From an uncultured Elusimicrobium sp. (GTDB lineage: Bacteria; Elusimicrobiota; Elusimicrobia; Elusimicrobiales; Elusimicrobiaceae), in contig CADBFX010000002.1 in assembly GCA_902794125.1 (NCBI GenBank), positions 6,272-70,271 of the forward strand: a stretch of 64,000 nt of DNA, in the 5' to 3' direction. Both the position numbers and the translations under genes were made by a program. This document shows, piece after piece, positions 27,960 through 36,561 of this stretch; the first letter of the stretch is position 1, and every line of letters starts with the position of its first letter. The notes under the pieces were generated by a model. It saw only the letters and a program-made list of their open reading frames with translations, made no database searches and was not told the DNA's origin.

Positions 27960-28109
27960 CCTTACTTGGCTAACGCCACCAATCCGGGAAGTTCTTTTTT
28001 ATAAAAATAGACCGGGCCTAAATCAATAGGCCCGGTTTGTGTTAGCACACAAATTTTTCTAAAAAACTTCCCTTACTTGGCTAACGCCACCAAGCCGGGA
28101 AGTTCTTTT
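27960..28109. repeat. 39-bp direct repeat of the pgk 3' end
   Basis: 27960-27998 versus 28071-28109, one mismatch; each copy is followed by its own hairpin. Confidence 0.92.
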
Positions 28110-29332
28110 CCTTCCACAAATTCCATGCTGGCACCGCCGCCGGTGGAAACGTGAGAAAATTCTTTTTGGTTGAATTTCCCTTTTTTAAGCACGTTTACAC
28201 TATCGCCACCGCCGATGATGGTGGTAGCGCCGGCTTGGTTGGCAGACATAGAGGCCTGGGCCACAGCGAAGCTGACAAACGGGTCAACCGTGGCTAACGA
28301 TTTGCCGGCTTCAATCATGGCTTTGGCAATCGCAAAGCTGCCGTTGGCGAAATTCGGGAATTCAAATACGCCCATCGGGCCGTTCCAGAAAATCGTTTTG
28401 CATTTCAACAATTCTTCCGTGAATAATTTTTCGGTTTTGGGGCCGATATCCATAGCTTCCATATCCGCCGGGATTTGGTCTACTACCGTGGCTTTAGCCG
28501 TTTCGGAGAATTCGTTGGATACGCGGAAATCAATCGGCATCAACATTTTTACGCCTTTGGCTTCGGCTTTAGCCATTACTTGTTTGGCTTCTTCAATTTT
28601 GGTTTCGTCCAAGAGAGATTTGCCTACTTCCATGCCTTTGGCTTTTAAGAACGTGTAAGCCATACCGCCGCCAATGATAAGCACGTTTACTTTGTCTAAC
28701 AAGTTATTGAGGAGTAAAATTTTATCGGACACTTTTGCCCCACCGATGACAGCGGCAAACGGACGGGCCGGGTTTTCCAACGCTTTACCCAAGAAATCAA
28801 CTTCTTTTTGCACCAAGAAACCGGCGCAAGCGGGCAAAAAGTCGGCAATGGCACTTGTGGAAGCATGCGCGCGGTGTACGGTTCCGAACGCTTCTTGCAC
28901 AAATACTTCTCCATGTTTGGCAAGTTGTTTGGCAAATTCGGCATCGTTGGCTTCTTCTTCGGGGTGGAAGCGGAGGTTTTCTAACAAAGCGATTTCGCCG
29001 TTTTTGGTTGCGGCAACTACTTTGTCGGCTTCTGCGCCGATGCAATCTTTAGCAAAATGAACCGGTACGCCGAACAATTTTTCTACTTCCGCGGCTACAG
29101 GAGCCAAGCTAAATTCCGGGCAAACTTTGCCTTTCGGGCGCCCTAAGTGGGCAATCAACACAACGCGGCAGTTGTTGTCTAACAAATGCTTAATGGTTTT
29201 TTCGGTAGCAACAATACGTTTGTTGTTATCTACTTTGCCGTCTTTAAGAGGTACGTTGTAATCTACGCGCACCAATACTTTTTTATCTTTCAAATCCATA
29301 TTTTGGATTTTTTTGATGCTGTCAAAATTCAT
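28073..29332 (-). CDS. pgk: phosphoglycerate kinase
   Basis: RVDYNVP, HLGRPKG, LLENLRF, GGAKVSDK, WNGPMGVFE, GGGDS and STGGGAS motifs. Confidence 0.98.
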   Translation of the reverse strand: MNFDSIKKIQNMDLKDKKVLVRVDYNVPLKDGKVDNNKRIVATEKTIKHLLDNNCRVVLIAHLGRPKGKVCPEFSLAPVAAEVEKLFGVPVHFAKDCIGAEADKVVAATKNGEIALLENLRFHPEEEANDAEFAKQLAKHGEVFVQEAFGTVHRAHASTSAIADFLPACAGFLVQKEVDFLGKALENPARPFAAVIGGAKVSDKILLLNNLLDKVNVLIIGGGMAYTFLKAKGMEVGKSLLDETKIEEAKQVMAKAEAKGVKMLMPIDFRVSNEFSETAKATVVDQIPADMEAMDIGPKTEKLFTEELLKCKTIFWNGPMGVFEFPNFANGSFAIAKAMIEAGKSLATVDPFVSFAVAQASMSANQAGATTIIGGGDSVNVLKKGKFNQKEFSHVSTGGGASMEFVEGKELPGLVALAK

Positions 29333-29418
29333 ACTTGTTTGACTCCTTTTTTATTCTTGCAAGAGGTTTGAACCTCTCTGTTTCTATTTTATCAAATTTT
29401 CAGAAGTTATTACAGCTG

Positions 29419-30210
29419 TTATCTGCGTTTTGATTTGGCCAGCAAACGCAAAATTTCCAGGTACAGCCATACTAACGTAACAAGTAGCCCCAGGCCGGAG
29501 TACCACTCCATACATTTAGGCGTATTTCCGCGGGAAACCATGCGGGTGATAAATTCAAAATCAAGTAGTAAGTTAAGGGCGGCTACCCCACATATAAAAA
29601 TACTAATTGCAATAGAAAGCCACGAAGACGAATTTAAATAGGCCGCCTGATGCCCCATAAGCATCCACACCAGGGAAGCCAAGTAGAAAATAGCAATAGC
29701 CACCGTGGCAGAGGAAACGGCCACCATAAACGAGTTAGTTACTTTAATAATTCCCGTTTTGTAAATGAATAACATAAAGAAGAATGTTAGCCCGGTTAAG
29801 CCCAGGGCCTGCAACACAATGCCGTTGTAATCGGCGGCGTAGCTAAATGATATAAAGCCGAGTAGCAATCCTTCGCAAATGGCATAGATGGGAGCCAAAA
29901 AAGGCGAGGCCGCCGGTTGAAAGCGGGACCATAACGCCGCTCCAAACCCTACCAAGAGTAATAGCCACCAAAACGAGAACACTTGAGCTTGGTGTACCCA
30001 GCCGAAATATCCCCCCGCCACACACAAAAATAATAGGAAAAACGTTTTATTGATGGTTCCTTGCAAAGTCATGGTGTTGTGTGCCGAAAAAGCGCGGAGA
30101 TCTTGTTCGTCGGCCCGCAAATCATAACCTTGTACCGGGGCAGTGTTTCCCCGTTGGTTGCTTTTGGCATTTTCAAACGCGGCTTCGTTAAACATCGGAT
30201 TTTGTGCCAT
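29419..30210 (-). CDS. Bax inhibitor-1/YccA family membrane protein
   Basis: MTLQGTINKT, LLLDF, EWY and LVTLVWLYLEILRLL motifs. Confidence 0.9.
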   Translation of the reverse strand: MAQNPMFNEAAFENAKSNQRGNTAPVQGYDLRADEQDLRAFSAHNTMTLQGTINKTFFLLFLCVAGGYFGWVHQAQVFSFWWLLLLVGFGAALWSRFQPAASPFLAPIYAICEGLLLGFISFSYAADYNGIVLQALGLTGLTFFFMLFIYKTGIIKVTNSFMVAVSSATVAIAIFYLASLVWMLMGHQAAYLNSSSWLSIAISIFICGVAALNLLLDFEFITRMVSRGNTPKCMEWYSGLGLLVTLVWLYLEILRLLAKSKRR

Positions 30211-30316
30211 AAGGGCAAATTCCTCCTTAAAAGATATGTTTTCATTTTACCATTTAGCAAGATAAAAAAATACCCCGGTTTTTAATTAGCCGGGGTAGTT
30301 ATTAAACAGGAATTGA

Positions 30317-31012
30317 TTAGCGTCGGAAATGCGTTTCATCGTGCATGTAATGGTGGGTACTTGCTTTAGGCATAGAACCTATAATTTTTTGCGCTTGCTG
30401 TGCCGTAATTTCTACGCGTTTGCCGGAGTTGGCATCCTTGACCGGAAAGAGTTTTTCTAACGCGGCTTTTATATCTGCGTTTAATGGCATATAGAATAAA
30501 ATGTAGGTGGCGTTGGCCGGTTGTTGGAACGATTCCAACGAAATAGATTCATCCGGGTCGTAGTATAAGGGCTCATCATAGCGTTCTACATCCTGGGTGA
30601 ATTTTCCTAATTTTGATAAGTTAATCATAAACCCGAAATAACCATTGTAATTACCCGTATCTTTTGCCATTACCGGCACACAATCTTTTTTAATGGCGAT
30701 TAGCCCATTGGCATTAAGCACTAAGGCACTGCAGGTAGTATTTTCAAATTCTCTAAACACGCGGTCCGGAGCGGCCCCGCTGTAAGCGCGGTCCGCTGAG
30801 GAATATCCATCCTGTAAATATTGGTGTTGTATGCGGACGGTGATTTTTGCTTTGGCTACCAATTTGTCAAAGTCACTTGTTGGATTGGCGGCCCAAGCAG
30901 CGCGTTTTACACCGCGGCTAATTTGCGCGCGTAATGACGGCGGCGTTACCGTATTTTGAGCCATTACTGCTACCGGTACTACTAACATACAAAGACATGC
31001 AATTAATCTCAT
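30317..31012 (-). CDS. secreted hypothetical protein (orphan; operator-controlled set)
   Basis: AGGAG SD, signal peptide VMA-Q, AQISRGVKRA motif. Confidence 0.8.
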   Translation of the reverse strand: MRLIACLCMLVVPVAVMAQNTVTPPSLRAQISRGVKRAAWAANPTSDFDKLVAKAKITVRIQHQYLQDGYSSADRAYSGAAPDRVFREFENTTCSALVLNANGLIAIKKDCVPVMAKDTGNYNGYFGFMINLSKLGKFTQDVERYDEPLYYDPDESISLESFQQPANATYILFYMPLNADIKAALEKLFPVKDANSGKRVEITAQQAQKIIGSMPKASTHHYMHDETHFRR

Positions 31013-31045
31013 TTTTTTCTCCTTTAACCCTGAACTTCTTTCTAT

Positions 31046-31089
31046 ATAATAAATTTTTATTTATCAAAAAAACAGGAGCAAAAGACCTA
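31046..31089 (-). promoter_or_regulatory. promoter with TAGG-N9-CCT operator (site 3)
   Basis: Minus strand TAGGTCTTTTGCTCCTG (31073-31089), 21 bp, then TATTAT (31046-31051). Confidence 0.7.
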
Positions 31090-31100
31090 ACGAAATCAAC

Positions 31101-31132
31101 AAAAAGGGCCCAGAGAAATCTGGGCCCTTTTT
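31101..31132 (-). terminator. groEL terminator
   Basis: AAAAGGGCCCAGA-GAAA-TCTGGGCCCTTTTT. Confidence 0.88.
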
Positions 31133-31147
31133 AGTGAGACGGATAAA

Positions 31148-32782
31148 TTACATCATGCCGCCCATTCCGCCCATACCGGGCATGGCAGGAGCATGCGCGC
31201 CTTCTTTTTCAGGGGCATCGGCCACTAACGTTTCCGTTAAGAGCACGGTTCCCGTGATAGAAGCGGCATTTTCCAGCGCGGTGCGGACCACTTTGGCCGG
31301 ATCTACTACGCCGGCTTTTAACAGGTCGCAATATTCGTCTTTATCGGCATCGTAACCGTCGGCCGCGCCTTTCATGGAGAGTACTTTATCTACCACTACT
31401 GCGCCGTCCAACCCGGCGTTAACGGCAATTTGTTTGAGCGGAGCCGTTAAGGCTTTGCGTACGATATTGATACCGGTGCGGATATCTTCATTGTCGGCTT
31501 TGAGGGCTTCCAACGTTTTTTGGCAGCGGGCCAACGCCACACCACCGCCAGGCACTAAACCTTCTTCCACGCCGGCTTTGGTAGCGTTTTTGGCATCTTC
31601 CACTTTGGCTTTTTTGGCTTTCAGTTCCGTTTCCGTAGCGGCACCTACGCTGATGACGGCTACCCCGCCGGACAATTTGGCCAAGCGTTCTTGTAATTTT
31701 TCTTTGTCGTATTCGCTGGTGGAGTTTTCAATTTGTTTGCGGATTTGAGCCATGCGGGCTTCAATGCTTTCTTTAGCCCCTTTACCGCTAACGATGGTGG
31801 TATTTTCTTTATCAATTACCACGCGGGCGCATTGGCCGAGCATGGGTAGTTCGGCTTTGTCTAACTTCATGCCGCGTTCTTCGCTAATGACGTTACCGCC
31901 CGTTAAAATAGCAATATCTTCCAACATTTCTTTGCGGCGGTCTCCAAAGCCGGGGGCTTTTACGGCGCATCCTTTTAAGGTGCCGCGCAATTTGTTGACG
32001 ACTAAGGTCGCTAACGCTTCGCCGTCCACGTCTTCGGCTACGATTAAGAATTGTTTACCGCTTTGTACGATTTTTTCCAAAATCGGCAAAAGTTCGTTCA
32101 TGGAAGAAACTTTTTTATCGGTAATAATAATGTAGGGGTTTTCCAACACACATTCCATGCGTTCGGAATCGGTTACAAAATACGGGGAGATGTATCCGCG
32201 GTCAAATTGCATACCTTCTACAATATCCAGTTGCGTGGTAGCGGTTTTGCCTTCTTCTACGGTAATAACCCCTTCGGCACCTACTTTTTCAATAGCTTCG
32301 GCAATCATATTACCGATTTCGCGGTCGTTAGAAGAAATAGTAGCGATTTGGGCTTTTTCTTCTTTGGTTTTTACCGGTTTTTGCATTTTTCCCAACGCTT
32401 CTTTGGTAGCTTCTACAGCTTGTTCAATCCCTTTTTTTACGAGCGTCGGGTTGGCTCCTGCCGTGATGTTTTTGATACCTTCGGTAAGCATGGCGTTAGC
32501 CAGCACGGTAGCGGTGGTGGTACCGTCCCCGGCGACGTCGTTGGTTTTGGAGGCCACTTCGCGGATAAGCTGGGCACCCATGTTTTCAAATTTATCTTCC
32601 AGTTCAATGTCTTTGGCAATGGTTACGCCGTCGTCAATAATAAGCGGCGAACCGAATTTTTTTTCTAATACAACGCTGCGCCCCTTGGGCCCCAAAGTTA
32701 CTTTTACAGCGTTTGCTACTTTTTCAATACCCGCTTTCATTTTGGCACGGGCTTCATCACCATAAATAATTTGTTTAGCCAT
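31148..32782 (-). CDS. groL: chaperonin GroEL
   Basis: [30 protein letters not shown] and GGM tail. Confidence 0.99.
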   Translation of the reverse strand: MAKQIIYGDEARAKMKAGIEKVANAVKVTLGPKGRSVVLEKKFGSPLIIDDGVTIAKDIELEDKFENMGAQLIREVASKTNDVAGDGTTTATVLANAMLTEGIKNITAGANPTLVKKGIEQAVEATKEALGKMQKPVKTKEEKAQIATISSNDREIGNMIAEAIEKVGAEGVITVEEGKTATTQLDIVEGMQFDRGYISPYFVTDSERMECVLENPYIIITDKKVSSMNELLPILEKIVQSGKQFLIVAEDVDGEALATLVVNKLRGTLKGCAVKAPGFGDRRKEMLEDIAILTGGNVISEERGMKLDKAELPMLGQCARVVIDKENTTIVSGKGAKESIEARMAQIRKQIENSTSEYDKEKLQERLAKLSGGVAVISVGAATETELKAKKAKVEDAKNATKAGVEEGLVPGGGVALARCQKTLEALKADNEDIRTGINIVRKALTAPLKQIAVNAGLDGAVVVDKVLSMKGAADGYDADKDEYCDLLKAGVVDPAKVVRTALENAASITGTVLLTETLVADAPEKEGAHAPAMPGMGGMGGMM

Positions 32783-32802
32783 ATAAGTTAACTCCTTTTA
32801 AT

Positions 32803-33096
32803 TTACCCCAAAATACCTAAAATTTCATCTTGATGAATAATTAAGTATGTTTCATCATCTAATTTAACTTCCGTACCGGAATATTTACCATAAAGTACGC
32901 GATCTCCTTTTTTTACGTCCATAGGGGCGCGTTCGCCTTTATCGTTTAATTTTCCGGCGCCGACGGCCAATACTTCCCCTTCCATCGGCTTTTCTTTCGC
33001 GGTGTCAGGAATGATGATTCCCCCTTTCATCGTTTCTCTTTCAATGGGCTTTACAATTACGCGGTCGCCCAACGGTTTGATTTTAACGTTTGCCAT
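32803..33096 (-). CDS. groS: co-chaperonin GroES
   Basis: IKPLGDRV, GGIIIPDTAKEKP and YGKYSGTEV motifs. Confidence 0.99.
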   Translation of the reverse strand: MANVKIKPLGDRVIVKPIERETMKGGIIIPDTAKEKPMEGEVLAVGAGKLNDKGERAPMDVKKGDRVLYGKYSGTEVKLDDETYLIIHQDEILGILG

Positions 33097-33150
33097 CTTC
33101 CATACACTCCTTGTTATAGAATTTTTATATATCGAATCCCGATTAAGTTA

Positions 33151-33225
33151 TTAGCACTCATCCGGGCTTAATGCTAATTTAGCATATTTTTGCGAAAATT
33201 GTCAACCCCTTTCTTAGAGTGCTAA
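33151..33225 (-). promoter_or_regulatory. groESL promoter with CIRCE (HrcA operator) elements
   Basis: TTAGCACTC-N9-TAATGCTAA at 33151-33177; a further TTAGCACTC half-site at 33217-33225 (minus strand); TTGACA -35 at 33200-33205. Confidence 0.85.
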
Positions 33226-33259
33226 AAAAGGGGTTGGTTATCAGACGAGAAAACGCAAT

Positions 33260-34084
33260 TTATTCGTGGGAAAATAACTGCCGTAGCCGTTGCTTTAACG
33301 AAATTCTTTTGGGTGGTAGAATTTTAATAAGTACGGCAGAGATATTATCTTGCCCATCATGCTCGTTGGAGGTATGGACCAACTGCTTGCAGAGTTTGAC
33401 GATAGGCAGTTGGGTGCCGGCACGTAAAATGTCCGCAATTTCGCTTTCGCTTAGTCCTTTGTATAATCCGTCCGAGCATAAAAGCAAAATGTCCCCCGCT
33501 TTAACGGGGAATTTTAATAAATCAAATTGTACGTTCTTTTTTATACCCATGGCGCGGGTTAATACGTTTTGAATTTTAGAATGGTCCGCCTCTGCGCGGG
33601 TTAAGAGCCCTCGGCGTACATGTTCCATCGCCAGGGAGTGATCTGTCGTAATTTGGAGAATTCTATTATCTCTAAATAAGTACAAGCGGGAATCGCCTAC
33701 GTGGACGGTGGTGGCACAGTCTTTATCAAACAGTACACCAGTCATGGTGGTACCCATCATCCGGTAAATTTCAGAAGATTGAGCTGTAGAATAAATAGCG
33801 GCGTTGGCCAAATTGGCTGCCATTAAAATCTTGCGGTCCACTTGCGGCAATTTGGGTAAGAAATTCACGGGAATAGACAGCGTGCCGTTATTGATTTTGC
33901 GGACGGTTTCTGCCAGTACGGAAACGGCAATGTTGCTGGCTACTTCACCGGCGCTGTGCCCCCCCATTCCGTCTGCCACAACCCCCAAACTTAAATTGGA
34001 AGAAATGAGTACGTTATCTTCGTTTTTCTCACGAATTTTTCCAATATCGGTTACAGCAGCAAACTCTATATCAAAAGAACTCAT
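33260..34084 (-). CDS. PP2C-family Ser/Thr phosphatase (Stp1/PrpC-like)
   Basis: TDIGKIREKNED, VADGMGGH..GEVAS, MGTT, HVGDSR, LCSDGL and DNIS motifs. Confidence 0.95.
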   Translation of the reverse strand: MSSFDIEFAAVTDIGKIREKNEDNVLISSNLSLGVVADGMGGHSAGEVASNIAVSVLAETVRKINNGTLSIPVNFLPKLPQVDRKILMAANLANAAIYSTAQSSEIYRMMGTTMTGVLFDKDCATTVHVGDSRLYLFRDNRILQITTDHSLAMEHVRRGLLTRAEADHSKIQNVLTRAMGIKKNVQFDLLKFPVKAGDILLLCSDGLYKGLSESEIADILRAGTQLPIVKLCKQLVHTSNEHDGQDNISAVLIKILPPKRISLKQRLRQLFSHE

Positions 34085-36414
34085 AAGTCATCTCCCAATA
34101 ACAGAGTTCCCACTGTGGTGGTCGTGCCAAACAAGAATAACAAGAGAATCAAAAAACCATAAGCGTTATTGGTTTGGGCATTTTCGTTAAAATTGCGTAG
34201 TGGCAACGTGACTGCATACTCCCAAGCTTTCAGACGCATCCGTTGGCTGCCGCCCTGGTAATAACGAACAAGTAAATCTAAGATCAAAGGTTTATTGGTT
34301 TCATCAAATAAACCGGGAGCTAGTTTTTCAACACGTGGGCTTAAGACCTCGGCCGCTTCTTTTTCGGATTTGTTAGTCAATTCGTTCGTGCGGTCAAAGT
34401 GAACAAATATTTTATTCTTTTGTTCTATCTGTACGCCAATGAGCGTTTCTACCCGATTATCAGACTGCGCCTCCGGTGTAAGTGCAATGTTTAAGCGGCC
34501 GGTAAAAGAATTGGTGGTAGTAATTAACGAAGAAGCTGCGCCGGATACGGTATACACCCATATGCCGCCTACTGAAAGCAAAAACAGGAAGGTCGGTAAC
34601 AAAATACTATCTTTTGAGCGGCGGCTGACCAGGTAATAAGAACAAATAAGCGCCACCAAAAGTGACCCAAATAATATGCCTTGGTAAACCGCAGAAGTAG
34701 CCATCGGGGCAATGGATAAATAGGCGCAGGCATAAGCCAATGTCATAGATACGAATAGTAAAGACGAGCCTAAAAACCCTTGTGCGGGTCGGCGGTTTAA
34801 CGTCCAACAAATGGACAAGCCCCACGCTAAAGCCACAAACAAATAACACAAGTAATATTCGGACGAAAATAAATAAGTAGGTACTTGCGACAGTTCCATA
34901 AAGGGAACTTCCGGCGTAAATAATCCCATTAGATAGGAAAAGAAGGCCATCATTAGTAGTACGGTTACCGAGCGGGAAAAGGCCTTTACTTGGGCACCTA
35001 AAATAATGACGAGTATAAACATCCCCAAAGCCCAGCCGCTGGCAACGAGTAAGTTTTTATCAAACGAGCCTGCAATAAAAGGCGATATGATGTTACGCAC
35101 TACGCTTGCGGTAGGCAATATGTTGTCCGAACCTGTTTTCCCTAATGTATAAAAGACAAAGACGGTAAAAGCCGCAATGAGTATGAATAAGGGAATGCAG
35201 ATAAGAAAACGCAACAACTGATGGCTTTTTTGGGGAGCCAACGAGTTTTGCATTCCGTTACCCGAGCGAAAACTGCGGCGAGTGGCGGTGAACACGTCTA
35301 TTGGTTTGACATCTTCCGCTTTTAACATGGAAACTTTCTCTTTTTCCTTTCCCTTCTTTGGGGTATGGACAGGATCCAGTTCCAATTTGGTAATGTCCTC
35401 TATATTGGGCATTAACGTATTTTTAGGAAGAGACGGTTGGGAAATTTTTTCGTTTTCGGTAACACGTTGCCGTTTCATGCTTTCGGTGACTAAATTTTCA
35501 TTTTGCACGATTTTAAGCGCGTTTTCTTCCCCTAACTCAATGGCTTTGCCCGTAGTTCCCATTTTTAAGCGTAGTTGGTCTTCGGCGCGCATCTTGCGGA
35601 AATACATGAGAGTCTCTCGCGCAGTTGGAAAGCGGTCATCCGGATTTTTACTCATTAATTTCTGAATGGCAATTCCTAACCAGCCGGGTAAATCTTTGCG
35701 AATTTCACACGGGTCCGGCACCGGGTCGTTGATGTGTTTTTGGATGATTTCAATGGTGTTTTTTCCGCTGTAAGGAAAGCGCCCAGTCAGTACGTAATAC
35801 ATACTGGCACCGATGGAGTATAAATCTGCACGGGTATCTAAATCTTTTCCCAGGGCCTGTTCCGGCGCGATAAAATAAGCCGTGCCGGCTAATTCGGTAG
35901 TTTTAGTAGTGTTTTTATCTTTATCTATTTTTTTAGCGATACCAAAGTCCACCACTTTGGCTTGTCCGTCGGGAGTGATCAAAATGTTGGAGGGTTTAAT
36001 ATCCCGGTGGATAATGCCTTTGGAGTGCGCGGCATCCAACCCTTGCAAGACCCCGTCAAACAAATCAAGTACTAAACCGATAGAAAGGTTTTTTTGTTTT
36101 TTAAGAAGGGCAGATAAGGTTTGTCCTTCAATAAAAGACATGACGATAAAATAATAACCCCGTTCTTTCCCTACGTTATATACGTTGACGATGTTCGGAT
36201 GGTCCAATTCCGCAATAGCGCGCGCTTCCGTAATAAAAAGATCCACGGCTTTTTTATCGTTGGCCAGGGCAGGGCTTAAAATTTTAACACAGACAATTCT
36301 ATCTAATGCTTTGTGACGGGCTTTGTAGACTGCCCCCATTCCGCCTTCGGCGGTTTTTTGTAAAATCTCACATCCGGAAATTTCTTGTCCTACTAAAGAA
36401 GGTTGCGTTGTCAT
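34081..36414 (-). CDS. Hanks-type Ser/Thr protein kinase with polytopic membrane C-terminus
   Basis: GGMGAVY, VK, HRDIKPSN, DFG, APE and DLYSIG motifs, followed by many TM helices; stop/start overlap with the phosphatase. Confidence 0.93.
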   Translation of the reverse strand: MTTQPSLVGQEISGCEILQKTAEGGMGAVYKARHKALDRIVCVKILSPALANDKKAVDLFITEARAIAELDHPNIVNVYNVGKERGYYFIVMSFIEGQTLSALLKKQKNLSIGLVLDLFDGVLQGLDAAHSKGIIHRDIKPSNILITPDGQAKVVDFGIAKKIDKDKNTTKTTELAGTAYFIAPEQALGKDLDTRADLYSIGASMYYVLTGRFPYSGKNTIEIIQKHINDPVPDPCEIRKDLPGWLGIAIQKLMSKNPDDRFPTARETLMYFRKMRAEDQLRLKMGTTGKAIELGEENALKIVQNENLVTESMKRQRVTENEKISQPSLPKNTLMPNIEDITKLELDPVHTPKKGKEKEKVSMLKAEDVKPIDVFTATRRSFRSGNGMQNSLAPQKSHQLLRFLICIPLFILIAAFTVFVFYTLGKTGSDNILPTASVVRNIISPFIAGSFDKNLLVASGWALGMFILVIILGAQVKAFSRSVTVLLMMAFFSYLMGLFTPEVPFMELSQVPTYLFSSEYYLCYLFVALAWGLSICWTLNRRPAQGFLGSSLLFVSMTLAYACAYLSIAPMATSAVYQGILFGSLLVALICSYYLVSRRSKDSILLPTFLFLLSVGGIWVYTVSGAASSLITTTNSFTGRLNIALTPEAQSDNRVETLIGVQIEQKNKIFVHFDRTNELTNKSEKEAAEVLSPRVEKLAPGLFDETNKPLILDLLVRYYQGGSQRMRLKAWEYAVTLPLRNFNENAQTNNAYGFLILLLFLFGTTTTVGTLLLGDDL

Positions 36415-36561
36415 ACGTATTCCTTAAATTGATAAATTCAAAACCCTATTATAATTATACAAAAACTGCTTGATTTTATCTTGTTGAACCATTAGAATAT
36501 AACTGTCAAGGTTATCATATCATATTTTAGGGGTTTTTAGAATAGGGGAGGCCGCCGATTT

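Noticed and set aside
31134-32765. Long antisense ORFs over groEL (also over pgk, rfb and other genes)
   Set aside because: Shadow frames of conserved genes caused by codon bias; no SD or recognisable motifs.
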